From Terriglobales bacterium (GTDB lineage Bacteria > Acidobacteriota > Terriglobia > Terriglobales > Acidobacteriaceae), in contig DASPVV010000005.1 in the NCBI GenBank assembly GCA_035622175.1, positions 18,509 through 82,508 of the forward strand: DNA of 64,000 nucleotides. Direction: 5' to 3'. Numbering within the stretch: the stretch's first letter is position 1; the number at the start of each line of letters is the position of its first letter. Below the pieces are notes generated by a model. That model made no database searches. It was not told where the DNA came from and was given only the letters and a program-made list of their open reading frames with translations. This document shows, in pieces, positions 1 through 9,246 of this stretch. A program made the position numbers and the translations under genes.

Positions 1-784
1 TGGAAGGCATGATCGAGACGCGGAAGTCGATGGGCCGTTCCGGAGTTCCGTACTTGACGCGGAATCGTCCGTCCTGCGGAACCCGCCGCTCCGAGATGTC
101 CAACTCACTCATGACCTTGATGCGCGAGATGATGGTCGAATGATGCTCTTTGGCAATCGGCGGCATGGCTTGCTGCAGCACCCCGTCAATGCGGAACTTG
201 ACGCACACCGAGTCGTCGCGGGTTTCGATGTGAATGTCGCTCGCCCGGCGTTGCAAGGCGGTGAAGATGGTGGTGTCGACCAGGCGAATGATGGGGCTAA
301 TGTCGGCTTGCGCGGTCAAGCGGTCGATGCTGATGCTTTCCTCGCTGCCGGCTTCATCCTCCCGAATCACATCGAGCGCAAAACCCTCGCTGGCGTCTTC
401 TAGAACCCGCTTGGATTGTTCGGTCTTCTTGAGAATCTCGCTGATCTGCCCAAGCGTAGAGACCTTGGTGACGATGCGCTTGCCCAGCAAGAGGCTGATC
501 TCGTCGATCATCATCAATTTGCTGGGATCGGCAATCGCGATGGCCAGCCGGCCATCTTCGGTTTCCTCGAGGGGCACAAAGTTGTAACGGAACATCAAGT
601 GGACGGGGATCGTCTTGAACAGGTCGTGGTGCAGCTGGAAATTATGCAGATCGACAAATTGGCAGCGATAACGCCGGGCAACGTCCTGGGCTTTCTCCAG
701 TTCTTCATTCGCGGCTCCAGGCGAGACCCGTCCGCCGTTTCCGCCCCCGACGAAGACCGCTTTGTTTTCCGGCACGGTTGCCAT
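1..784 (-). CDS. pilB: Type IV pilus assembly / type II secretion ATPase (GspE/PilB family), N-terminal part; the gene runs off the left edge
   Basis: My own reverse translation from ATG at 784-782. It reads MATVPENKAVF...RRYRCQFVDLHNFQLHHDLFKTIPVHLMFRYNFVPLEE...IAIADPSKLMMIDEISLLLGKRIV (GspE N-terminal domain), then ISPIIRLVDTTIFTALQRRASDIHIE...FRIDGVLQ...RIKVMSELDISERRVPQDGRFRV. It is absent from the ORF track because no stop lies inside the window. Confidence 0.85.
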   Translation of the reverse strand, partial: MATVPENKAVFVGGGNGGRVSPGAANEELEKAQDVARRYRCQFVDLHNFQLHHDLFKTIPVHLMFRYNFVPLEETEDGRLAIAIADPSKLMMIDEISLLLGKRIVTKVSTLGQISEILKKTEQSKRVLEDASEGFALDVIREDEAGSEESISIDRLTAQADISPIIRLVDTTIFTALQRRASDIHIETRDDSVCVKFRIDGVLQQAMPPIAKEHHSTIISRIKVMSELDISERRVPQDGRFRVKYGTPERPIDFRVSIMPS

Positions 785-839
785 TACGAATCCTGCCTCG
801 CCACTCCCACTCGAAACCTAGAGGCCGCTCTGCGCATAC

Positions 840-2045
840 TTAGTGGATGCTCGATCCTAGCGTAAAGATGGGCAGGTACAGCGAGATCAGGATCCCGCCC
901 ACAAAGATTGCCATGATGATCAAAATCACCGGCTCGATTAAAGCCATGGCGGCGCCCAAGGCGGTCTGTACGTCCTCTTCGTAAAACTCAGCCACGGAGT
1001 TCAGCATGGCCGGCAGCGCTCCCGTAGACTCACCGACTTCAATCATTTCCACCGACAGGTCAGGAAACATGTGTTGTGCTTCCAGACTTTTGGCCAGCGC
1101 ATGCCCTTCGCGCACGCGCACCGCCGCTTCCTGAATGCCGTTGAGAATGCGCCGGCTGCTCATGGAGGCGCCTGCAGTCTCAAGAGATGGCACGAGCGGC
1201 ATGCCCCCCGCCAAGAGGGTAGAAAGCATGCGGGAAAAATTGGCGACTTGATATTTCAGCCATACCTCACCCAGCAAAGGAAGTCGCAAGATGGCGCGGT
1301 CGACCGCCTCGGCTCCCCGATCTGTCCTCTTCCATCGCCATAGCAGCACCAGGGCGACGACCAGCACGATCACGCTAAAAGGCGCGTAGCGTTGCGCGTG
1401 CGTGCCAACGTCGAGCATGATCAGCGTGATGGCAGGAAGTTGTGCATCCATGTCCTGGTAGAGCTTGGCAAATTGCGGTACGACGTAGGTCACCAGAAAG
1501 ATCAACATGCCAAAAACCACGGTCACCAGCAGGGTGGGATAGACGAGGGAGACGGCCAGCTTTTTCTTAAAGCTCAAGGCCAGGCGCTGAAAAGCGATGT
1601 AACGGGTGAGTACCTCTTCCATGCTGCCGCTCTTCTCCCCGGCCATCAGAGTGGTTGTATAAATCTTGGGGAAGGCAGCTTGCGCCGCAAACGCATCGGA
1701 AAGCAGCTCTCCCCCCTTGACCCGGTCGCGTACATTTTGCAGCAGATTGTGCAAGTATTTGTTCTTCTGCCTCTTGATGAGCAAATCGAGGGAGTTCAGA
1801 ATCGGCAGACCCGCCTTAATGAGGGTCAGGAACTGCTGATTGAAGATCAGAAACTGGCTTTGCTTGACTTTTCCCCGCCGCCGCAGGGAAAGGTCCCCCG
1901 ACAGCACGCCGCGCGGCCGTACCCAATAAACCAGGAAGCCTTGTTGGGTAAAGCGTTCGCGGACCTCGGCCTCGGAATACCCATTTTCGACCTGCTCCAA
2001 CAGGCGCCCACGCTCGTCCGCAATTTTGATCAGGAACTCAGCCAT
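840..2045 (-). CDS. pilC: Type II secretion system F family protein (type IV pilus platform protein PilC)
   Basis: ORF 840..2084. It has a GspF-like duplicated domain with three hydrophobic segments (LVYPTLLVTVVFGMLIFLVTYVVP, FSVIVLVVALVLLW, LIEPVILIIMAIFVGGILISLYLPIF). Start set at the internal ATG (MAEFLIKIADERG); a start at 2084 is also possible. Confidence 0.88.
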   Translation of the reverse strand: MAEFLIKIADERGRLLEQVENGYSEAEVRERFTQQGFLVYWVRPRGVLSGDLSLRRRGKVKQSQFLIFNQQFLTLIKAGLPILNSLDLLIKRQKNKYLHNLLQNVRDRVKGGELLSDAFAAQAAFPKIYTTTLMAGEKSGSMEEVLTRYIAFQRLALSFKKKLAVSLVYPTLLVTVVFGMLIFLVTYVVPQFAKLYQDMDAQLPAITLIMLDVGTHAQRYAPFSVIVLVVALVLLWRWKRTDRGAEAVDRAILRLPLLGEVWLKYQVANFSRMLSTLLAGGMPLVPSLETAGASMSSRRILNGIQEAAVRVREGHALAKSLEAQHMFPDLSVEMIEVGESTGALPAMLNSVAEFYEEDVQTALGAAMALIEPVILIIMAIFVGGILISLYLPIFTLGSSIH

Positions 2046-2206
2046 CGGTAACGAGTTACCCCGTCCCCCCCACAAGTCTAACATTCAAAACGCCGAAGGC
2101 TTTGTTAAATGCCGGTCAAAGCATGCCGCGAGTAATGCCACCTGGGCGGGATCTAAGATTAAAAATAACTTACTGAAAATAAATATGTTATGCCATCATT
2201 TCACGT

Positions 2207-2875
2207 CTATTGCCCAAAGTTTTCTTCAATGACTTCGACTCCATTCGGTACGGCGAACTGGAAGCGCCGATCGGCGATCTCTACGTCCTCCTTCTGCCCG
2301 CTGAAACGATACTCGAGCGTCGAGCCGTCCACCTCGCGAAGCACGATACGCTTTATCGAGCTGTCCACTGTGATCTCGAGGAGCACCTCGGTATAGCGGT
2401 CCGACAGCCCTTTGGGCACACCTTTCAGGATGACATCGCCGGCCGCCAGCGGGGCCACATCCGACGCCACGGACAAGTCGCGCAACTCCTTTTCCAGCCG
2501 TGTCTTGCCAAGCAAAAACGCCAGCGGCGAGCGCAGGTCATCCAGCTTTCGCATCGACGTTTTCCGCACTTGGCGCTCGCCGGGAACGTAGAACCAGGCA
2601 ATCTTCCCGTCGCCGACGAACAGCTTCTCCTGAGGAGAACGGTATTCCCAGCGCATCTTGCCGGGCTTTTTCAGCCACAGCGATCCCGACTCGGTCCGGT
2701 CGCTGCCAGACCCGGCATAAATCTCCGAAAACTCGCACTCCAGAGTGTGCAGATGGTTGTAGTGCCGGTCCACCGCGTCCGCGATGGTGCGAACATCGGC
2801 GGCCTCAGTCATGATTGCAGGGAAGGTGATTAGCAGGACGGCAGCCAACTCCAGCAGAATGGGATTCCTCAGCAT
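2207..2875 (-). CDS. lolA: Outer-membrane lipoprotein carrier protein LolA family
   Basis: 222 aa with a signal peptide (LLELAAVLLITFPAIMTEA). LolA-like core: HLHTLECEFSEIY...GSLWLKKPGKMRWEYRSPQEKLFVGDGKIAWFYVP. Confidence 0.75.
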   Translation of the reverse strand: MLRNPILLELAAVLLITFPAIMTEAADVRTIADAVDRHYNHLHTLECEFSEIYAGSGSDRTESGSLWLKKPGKMRWEYRSPQEKLFVGDGKIAWFYVPGERQVRKTSMRKLDDLRSPLAFLLGKTRLEKELRDLSVASDVAPLAAGDVILKGVPKGLSDRYTEVLLEITVDSSIKRIVLREVDGSTLEYRFSGQKEDVEIADRRFQFAVPNGVEVIEENFGQ

Positions 2876-3083
2876 CCAGAAACCACAGCTAATGGATTAT
2901 ATCGTGGGCGACATAACCTACAGTGAAACCAATCCGATGTCAGTGAGTGGTCCCGTAGCCTTCGACGGACCATCGCCGGTTTGCCGGGCCGCATGGGAGG
3001 CTTATGAGGTGGGAACGTGTCTGACCAAATACCCGCCAGTTCTACGGACTCGAATCGATGCCAGGCCTTTGAACCAGAGAGAT

Positions 3084-3245
3084 TTAAGCTTTCTCTGCCT
3101 TTTTCTTGACCGCCTTGTGGATAGGTTCGAGGGTGCGGGCAATTTTTTCCAGGGACGCAGAGATGCCAGCTAATTCTTTGCTTTTCAAATCGCGGGCCGG
3201 TTCCTCGCTTGTTTCCGGCACCTGGCGGGCAGCCGTTTGTGGCAT
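3084..3245 (-). CDS. Small hypothetical protein (53 aa, Lys/Glu-rich)
   Basis: C-terminal part of track ORF 3084..3584. The internal ATG at 3245 is preceded by GGAGGGATTGGATT (strong SD). Product: MPQTAARQVPETSEEPARDLKSKELAGISASLEKIARTLEPIHKAVKKKAEKA. It lies directly upstream of lolA on the same strand. Confidence 0.4.
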   Translation of the reverse strand: MPQTAARQVPETSEEPARDLKSKELAGISASLEKIARTLEPIHKAVKKKAEKA

Positions 3246-3656
3246 AATCCAATCCCTCCTCCCTAGCATGCTATCCACGCCCTGGCTGTGGATGTTCGGT
3301 CGTTGTTGTGGAAAACAACACCGCAACTGTATTTGGTAGCCATCCATCTCGTGTCCCATCTGAGGAGGGTGGTAGCAGCCTTTGCGGCGGGCACAAAAAA
3401 TGACGATTGACAAAGCGCGGAGAGCGACACATACAATGCGGCAAATGGAACCCCCCTGATGGCAAAGGAGATACTTGGCTGGGAGTGGCCGGAGGCGGGT
3501 CGGAAGCGGGACGGAGGCAACCGGTGGTATGTTCGCAAGACAAGCTCCGATCCAATCGATCCCGGGAATTGGCTTGAAGGGCACTGCCGCATGCTAGGAA
3601 GGTGAGCTCAAAAGCGAGTTTCGTTGCTTCCGCTTTGCGCTCGTGAAGGAAACGCA

Positions 3657-4265
3657 ATGGCTGATTTTTTCCGGTATTACAAAGAGTTCTTGGCTCACTG
3701 GGGAAAGGAATTGGGGTCTCTCGGCAGGGAGCAAATGGTGGGTTTCATGCTCGCTCTGCTGATCCTTCTCTTGCAAATACGAAATAGGCTGGTTCCCGCG
3801 AAGGACGCGGGATGGGCTGTGCAGGCAACGTTTCTCCGGCCTTATCTGGTTTTAATCGGCATCTACCTGGCGATTCATCTGGTTCGCACCCCCTGGAAAC
3901 TTGATCAGGAACTAAGGGAAAAACTGCAACACCGAACCTCGCAAGAGGAGGTGAAAGGCCATATCGCGCTCCTGACACGGTTGACGGATCGGGGACAGGA
4001 ATTTATTCGTCGATGCCGAAGTGAAAGAGGCCTGGTTCCGCAGGGAGAGGTAGAGGCTTGGGCGCAGGAGGTGGCCGGATCGGTCGAAGAAATCTTCGAC
4101 AGCTCGTACGTGGCTCGCCTGGAAAGCGTCAGCGGCATTCCTCTAGGTATGGCTCACTGGCCGAATTCGGGAAACAGGCAGGTGGATGGTTTTGTTCATG
4201 TGCGAGTTTACCGCCTGCAACAGTTTATTGACGAGCTGCAAGAACATGCGAAGAGGATGGCTTAG
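3657..4265 (+). CDS. Hypothetical membrane-anchored protein (two N-terminal TM helices, cytoplasmic helical domain)
   Basis: ORF 3624..4265. Start set at ATG 3657, preceded by GAAGGAAACGCA. TM segments: MVGFMLALLILLLQI and LRPYLVLIGIYLAIHLV. No family recognised. Confidence 0.5.
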   Translation: MADFFRYYKEFLAHWGKELGSLGREQMVGFMLALLILLLQIRNRLVPAKDAGWAVQATFLRPYLVLIGIYLAIHLVRTPWKLDQELREKLQHRTSQEEVKGHIALLTRLTDRGQEFIRRCRSERGLVPQGEVEAWAQEVAGSVEEIFDSSYVARLESVSGIPLGMAHWPNSGNRQVDGFVHVRVYRLQQFIDELQEHAKRMA

Positions 4266-4382
4266 CCGAGAGTTCAAGCACCTGCGCCCAGGGGATGAGG
4301 AATTCCGGACTCTGATCCTGGCGATCGGATGCATGCCAGATCAGGGTTCTTTGCTCCTCCCGGCTGCGCGGCAGTTTTGTGG

Positions 4383-5333
4383 CTAGCAACAAGACTGAGC
4401 GGCGTCTCGGTCGGAAGGCAAGAATTTTGGAGGCGGTGGGGTATATCCGCTCGGCATGCCCTTCTCAATGAAGGGGAACTTGTCGGGCTCGCGAACCTCC
4501 ACTCGCCCCTCGGGCGCCAGTTTGTAAGGTTCGCCGAGTGGATCGATGGGCAGCGCGCGCAACATCCCGGCCGACGCAAGTTCGGTGAAACTGGCGGGCC
4601 AGTGGCCGGTTCTTTCCCGGTAGGTGGAAACCAGCTTTTCCAGATTGATGACGTCCTCGTCGACCTGCAGGGCGCGCAAATGAGAGACCGCGTTCGCCCG
4701 GATGTCACGGTCTACCGTGCTCTGATAGTTTGTAATCCACAGCATTCGCGCCATGCCCAATTCACCGGCATGCTCCGCCATCTGGGCTGCCATCGTTTTC
4801 AGAAAGGGATGCGCGCCCGGCACCTGCGAGCCGCGCATGAAGGCATCGGCAGCTTTCGAGAAATCCTTGAGCTCCATGTAGTAGATGAATCCAAGGTTGT
4901 AATAGAGCTTCCACTCGCCCGGGTTATTACGGATGCCATATTCTGCCAAGCGAATGGCTCGTTCCGGCATGCCTGCGCCCGCCGGCGGTGCCGACGCCAG
5001 AAAATTGGCGCCAAACTCGTAGGCTACAGTCAGATGAGGATCAAGCGCAGTCGTAATCTCGAGGAGCGGGCCGAGCAGCTCATACTGCCGCGAGGCTCGA
5101 TAGTGCTTGGTGCCGAAGTATTGCACTGCCCGAGTCCAGTACACATCGGCCAGCACACCGCCATACCCCAGGCTCAGCCTCTGGAGAATCTTTGGAGAAG
5201 CGACGTAAAGAACGTCGTCGAACCTGGCTCGGCTGCGGATCTGGTTCAGGTTATGCAAGGCCAAGGTCGAGGTGAGCAGGCATAGGACCAACAGAACCCA
5301 AGCGGTCAGGGTGATGCGCCCGGAAGCTTTCAT
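4383..5333 (-). CDS. Secreted or membrane-anchored TPR-like repeat protein
   Basis: Track ORF 4383..5825 is over-extended. The true start is probably ATG 5333 (MKASGRITLTAWVLLVLCLLTSTLA signal/anchor), which forms an ATGA overlap with the stop of the upstream permease. TPR-like helical repeats: YWTRAVQYFG, AIRLAEYGIRNNPGEWKLYYNLGFIYYMELKDFSKAADAF. Confidence 0.7.
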   Translation of the reverse strand: MKASGRITLTAWVLLVLCLLTSTLALHNLNQIRSRARFDDVLYVASPKILQRLSLGYGGVLADVYWTRAVQYFGTKHYRASRQYELLGPLLEITTALDPHLTVAYEFGANFLASAPPAGAGMPERAIRLAEYGIRNNPGEWKLYYNLGFIYYMELKDFSKAADAFMRGSQVPGAHPFLKTMAAQMAEHAGELGMARMLWITNYQSTVDRDIRANAVSHLRALQVDEDVINLEKLVSTYRERTGHWPASFTELASAGMLRALPIDPLGEPYKLAPEGRVEVREPDKFPFIEKGMPSGYTPPPPKFLPSDRDAAQSCC

Positions 5334-6106
5334 TTCAGGTTCCGTCGCTCGAAGATCAGCACGGCCCCGCAGAGCACCATGCCTGTATACACCAATGCAT
5401 ACAGACTGTTGGAAACAATCAATTGCCGCGTGACAGGTTGCTGGTGTGCCACCGAGGTGATCACGTTCAGGGAGGAGAAATTGGGAACCAGGTAGGCTGC
5501 AGCCGTTGCCAGCCAGCGCGATGCGCCTTGCGCCGTATCGGCGAAGCCGTGCAGGTCTTCCGCGAAGCTTCCGATCACAAATGAGGAAAAAGCAAAGACG
5601 GCCGACAACAACGGAGAGGAGAACGAGGAAAAAAACAGCGCGATGGCGGTGATCATCAGGAACTGCAAGATGATGAAGTACAAGCCCACCAGAATCCAAA
5701 CCTCTGCCGGTTCCAAGGCACGGGATACGTAGAGCAAAGCCGCAAAGACACCGATGGCCATCAACCCCGTATTCACCACCAGCGTCCCGGCCAGACCGAA
5801 AAACTTGCCCACGATGAATTCCCAACGCCCGACCGGACGCGACAGCACCGTGTACAGGGTACGTTTTTCGATCTCCTTCGAGACCAGGCCGATTCCAATA
5901 AAGATGGCAATGACGATGCCAAACAGGGAGATTGCACTAAGGCCCAGGTTGACGACCACCAGCCGCTCGATCCCAATGGAGATCTGGCCGACCAGGACCG
6001 CCGCTCCCGACATGAGCAAGGCAAAGGCAATCAGGTTGTACAGTACGCGATCGCGAACCGCCTCCCGGAACGTGTTCGAAGCAATGCAAGCGATGCGAGT
6101 CCTCAC
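5330..6106 (-). CDS. ABC-2 family transporter permease
   Basis: 258 aa with six hydrophobic segments. N-terminus IASNTFREAVRDRVLYNLIAF...EIEKRTLYTVLSRPVGRWEFIVGKF is typical of ABC-2 (NosY/GldF-like) permeases. It overlaps the ATPase gene by 4 nt. Confidence 0.8.
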   Translation of the reverse strand: MRTRIACIASNTFREAVRDRVLYNLIAFALLMSGAAVLVGQISIGIERLVVVNLGLSAISLFGIVIAIFIGIGLVSKEIEKRTLYTVLSRPVGRWEFIVGKFFGLAGTLVVNTGLMAIGVFAALLYVSRALEPAEVWILVGLYFIILQFLMITAIALFFSSFSSPLLSAVFAFSSFVIGSFAEDLHGFADTAQGASRWLATAAAYLVPNFSSLNVITSVAHQQPVTRQLIVSNSLYALVYTGMVLCGAVLIFERRNLK

Positions 6107-7050
6107 AACCCCACTCCTGCCGCCGTCTCAGACAGTTTCAGCTTGCGCACGAAGTATTCTTCGAGCGAGGTTCGAACCGGAGTTAGCGAGAGAATGCGCA
6201 CTCCCTGCTCGCGCAACGCATCGATGGCAGCATCCTGGTTCGCCTCGCGAACGATGGCACGGACCGTGTCTCCGGTCAGGTGACATTCCGAGGTCAAGGG
6301 CTTGAGGGAAGCCGGGATCGAGCTACCGTGCCAGATGATTTCTACCTTGCCCTCCACGCTCGAGGTCAGATCCGCCACCGCCCCTACCCCGCGCAGTTCG
6401 CCCAAATGAAGAATCGCAACCCGGTCGCAGAGGGTTTCAGCGTCGGATAAGATATGCGTCGAGAAGAACACGGTCTTGCCCTGCTGCTTCAGTTCCTCCA
6501 TGAGATCGCGAACTTCGCGGCGGCCGATCGGATCGAGGCCCGACATGGGCTCGTCGAAGAACAGGACGCGCGGATCGTGCACAATCGCTTGCGCAATGCC
6601 AACGCGCTGCAACATGCCCTTGGAGAATTTTCGCAACTGGAGACCGCTCGCGTCCCGTAGCCCCACTCGGGCGAGGACCTCGTCGATCTTGCGGCGGCGT
6701 TCCTTTGCGCCCACGCCGGAGAGCAGAGCGTAATAATCGAGAAGTTCGCACGCGGTTAGATGATCGTAGAAATAGGGTTGCTCAGGGAGAAAACCAATCT
6801 GCGCCTTCATCCCGGGATGGTTGATTTCCACCCCCAAAATCCGGGCCGAACCGGCGGTCGGGAACACAAGGCCCATCAATAACTTGAGAGTGGTAGTCTT
6901 GCCGGCTCCGTTAGGACCAAGCAAGCCAAAAATTTCCCCCGCTTCCACGTTCAAATCCAAAGGACGCAGAGCGCACTTCGGCCTCTTGCGCCAGAACCCC
7001 ACGTGATAAGTCTTTTCCAGACCGACAATTTCGATGGCGGCCATAACCAA
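6103..7050 (-). CDS. ABC transporter ATP-binding protein
   Basis: Walker A GPNGAGKTT, signature FSKGMLQRVGIAQA, Walker B VLFFDEPMSGLD. The start is TTG 7050 or ATG 7044. Confidence 0.92.
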   Translation of the reverse strand: MVMAAIEIVGLEKTYHVGFWRKRPKCALRPLDLNVEAGEIFGLLGPNGAGKTTTLKLLMGLVFPTAGSARILGVEINHPGMKAQIGFLPEQPYFYDHLTACELLDYYALLSGVGAKERRRKIDEVLARVGLRDASGLQLRKFSKGMLQRVGIAQAIVHDPRVLFFDEPMSGLDPIGRREVRDLMEELKQQGKTVFFSTHILSDAETLCDRVAILHLGELRGVGAVADLTSSVEGKVEIIWHGSSIPASLKPLTSECHLTGDTVRAIVREANQDAAIDALREQGVRILSLTPVRTSLEEYFVRKLKLSETAAGVGL

Positions 7051-7457
7051 GGACCGGCAGGTCGTTCTTACTTCAGAGTATCAGGAAAACGCGGGCCAGC
7101 AAGCTCTAGCGCTGGATGCAAACATTACGAAGGTCAAAACGCCAGGCTCAGGCTTGCTGCCTCAGCGCCGTTCTCGAACCCGATGGCACCTTCCAATTAG
7201 AAGCCTCAACCCGCCAACGCGGACCGGCGGGCGCAGAGATCGCGCGCCTGACACCTCGGATGCGACGGGCATGGCCGTTCCAAGTCCAATAGCAAAAGAG
7301 CCTTCCGGCGGTCGATTTCACCCTGCAGATGACTTTCGTAATCCTGCCTTTATCACCGCCATATGTAATAACTGAACTGCAAGCCGAGTTCAGCCGATTG
7401 CTCCGAAGCCAGGCGCCGAGAGCGAAGCATCGCTGCGCCCGTCGAAGGAACCCAGAT

Positions 7458-8240
7458 ATGAAGGTAGTCGTTCTCTGCGGCGGACTGGGTACACGCCTGC
7501 GGGAAGAGACCGAATTCCGTCCCAAGCCGATGGTCGAGATCGGAGGACGTCCGATCCTTTGGCACATCATGAAAATCTATGCTCACCACGGCATGCGCGA
7601 GTTCATTCTCTGCCTCGGCTACCGGGGCAACATGATCAAGGAGTACTTCCTGAACTATGAAGCCATGAACAATGACTTCAGGATCTGCCTGGGCCGAGAA
7701 TCGCACCTTGAATTCATGGGCGCGCACCAGGAACAGCATTTCACGGTGACGCTGGCCGACACCGGCCTCGACACCATGACCGGCGGTCGCTTGCAACGAG
7801 TGGCACGCTATCTCACCCAGGACGAGACCTTCCTGCTGACCTATGGCGACGGCCTGAGCGACGTCAACGTCCGGAACCTGGTTCAATTCCACCGCAGCCA
7901 CGGGAAAGTCGCGACCGTCACATCCGTTCCCCCGATCTCGCGTTTCGGCGTGGTCGAGGCGGACGCGCAAGGCCAGGTACAACGCTTCATGGAAAAGCCC
8001 CAAACCAATGGCCGCATCAGTGCCGGCTTCTTTGTGTTCAACCGCCGCATCTTCGACTACCTCAGTGGCCCGGAGTGCATTCTCGAACGCCAGCCGATGG
8101 AACGCTTGGCCCGCGAAGGTCAACTCGTGGCCTACCAGCATGACGGTTTCTTCTACGCCATGGATACCTATCGCGAATATCAGTACCTGAACGAGCTCTG
8201 GGCGAGCGAGCAGACACCGTGGAAAGTGTGGCAAGAGTGA
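7458..8240 (+). CDS. rfbF: Glucose-1-phosphate cytidylyltransferase
   Basis: [45 protein letters not shown] is the canonical RfbF/DdhA N-terminus. ATG 7458 is preceded by GAAGGA. The track ORF starts earlier, at 7329. Confidence 0.9.
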   Translation: MKVVVLCGGLGTRLREETEFRPKPMVEIGGRPILWHIMKIYAHHGMREFILCLGYRGNMIKEYFLNYEAMNNDFRICLGRESHLEFMGAHQEQHFTVTLADTGLDTMTGGRLQRVARYLTQDETFLLTYGDGLSDVNVRNLVQFHRSHGKVATVTSVPPISRFGVVEADAQGQVQRFMEKPQTNGRISAGFFVFNRRIFDYLSGPECILERQPMERLAREGQLVAYQHDGFFYAMDTYREYQYLNELWASEQTPWKVWQE

Positions 8241-9241
8241 ACTCTTTTTGGCGCGATCGGTCTGTCTTGGTGACCGGTGGCACCGGACTGCTGGGATGTT
8301 GGCTGGTTCCTCAGCTCCTCGATGCTGATGCAAACATTGTCTGCCTGGTGCGCGATTGGGTGCCACAGAGTGAACTGGTGCGCAGCCGCCGCATCGAGCA
8401 GGTCAACGTCGTTCGCGCCGACATCAATGATCGCGACCTCATCGAGCGCGTGCTCGGCGAATACGAGGTCGAAATCGTATTCCATCTCGCTGCGCAGACG
8501 ATCGTGGGCATCGCGAACCGCAACCCGATTTCTACCTTCTCGACCAACATTGGCGGTACCTGGAATCTGCTGGAAGCCTGCCGCCGCTCCCCCAAGGTTG
8601 CGTCGATCGTCGTGGCCTCATCCGACAAGGCGTACGGCGACCAGGAACACCTTCCCTATGTTGAGACCATGCCCCTCGCGGGCTGCCATCCCTACGACGT
8701 GAGCAAATCCTGCGCCGACCTGCTGGCGCAGACGTATGCAACGACCTACCAGCTACCGGTCGCGATTACCCGCTGCGCAAACTTTTACGGCGGCGGCGAC
8801 CTGAACTGGAGCCGCGTGGTGCCGGGCACGATTCGCTCCCTGCTGCGCAGCGAGCCGCCGGTCGTACGTTCCGACGGGAAATTCGTTCGCGACTACTTCT
8901 ACATCGAAGATGCGGCGTTGGCGTATATGCTGCTCGCCGAGCGCCTCGCCTCCGACCCAACTCTGCGCGGCCAGGCCTTCAACTTCTCGAACGAAAGCCA
9001 GATTAGTGTTCTCGAGATGGTGGACCTGATCCTGCGGAAAATGAACTCATTGCTTCGCCCAACCATTTTGAATCAGGCGAGCTACGAGATCCGTCACCAG
9101 TTCCTGAGCGCCGAGCGGGCTCGCTCCGTGCTCAACTGGCGCCCGCAATTCACCCTCGACACCGGGCTCGACCGCACCATTGCTTGGTACCGTGAGTTTC
9201 TGGGAACTCCAGCCGCAAGGACCCAGGCGGGTGGGAGATAA
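8219..9241 (+). CDS. rfbG: CDP-glucose 4,6-dehydratase (SDR family)
   Basis: [22 protein letters not shown]ossmann motif. Catalytic YDVSK (YxxxK). Possible GTG starts at 8219, 8228 and 8237; the last forms a GTGA overlap with the rfbF stop. Confidence 0.8.
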   Translation: MESVARVNSFWRDRSVLVTGGTGLLGCWLVPQLLDADANIVCLVRDWVPQSELVRSRRIEQVNVVRADINDRDLIERVLGEYEVEIVFHLAAQTIVGIANRNPISTFSTNIGGTWNLLEACRRSPKVASIVVASSDKAYGDQEHLPYVETMPLAGCHPYDVSKSCADLLAQTYATTYQLPVAITRCANFYGGGDLNWSRVVPGTIRSLLRSEPPVVRSDGKFVRDYFYIEDAALAYMLLAERLASDPTLRGQAFNFSNESQISVLEMVDLILRKMNSLLRPTILNQASYEIRHQFLSAERARSVLNWRPQFTLDTGLDRTIAWYREFLGTPAARTQAGGR

Positions 9242-9246
9242 GCGTC

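Noticed and set aside
2161-2200. A/T-rich stretch between lolA and pilC containing ...ATGTTATGCCATCA, superficially like a XerC arm of dif
   Set aside because: Only one half-site resembles dif. The other arm and the spacer do not match. It is more simply the A/T-rich promoter region of pilC.
3046-3056. GGACTCGAATC resembling a tRNA T-arm
   Set aside because: I could not build an acceptor stem, anticodon arm or D-arm around it on either strand. No tRNA-like cloverleaf is present.
3084-3584. 166-aa minus-strand ORF. The overlapping ORFs 3263..3592 and 3271..3657 are also open.
   Set aside because: All three minus frames are open here, which points to compositional bias rather than coding. Only the last 53 codons of 3084..3584 have an SD-preceded ATG and plausible composition.
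7307-7314. GGCGGTCG resembling the ops/JUMPstart element (GGCGGTAG) upstream of the polysaccharide operon
   Set aside because: It has one mismatch in an 8-mer. ops/RfaH is an enterobacterial system and is not expected in this lineage. An 8-mer match in GC-rich DNA is not significant.
7353-8366. 337-aa minus-strand ORF. Similar long antisense ORFs occur at 4329..5285 (+), 54574..55452 (-), 58399..59607 (-), 60539..61237 (+), 45195..45923 (-), 52194..53216 (-) and 39537..40172 (-).
   Set aside because: Each lies fully inside, and antisense or out of frame to, a gene with clear family motifs (rfbF/rfbG, TPR protein, leuS, guaA, aldolase, secA, MFS/SpeE, xerC). Their compositions are low-complexity and Arg/Gly/His-rich.
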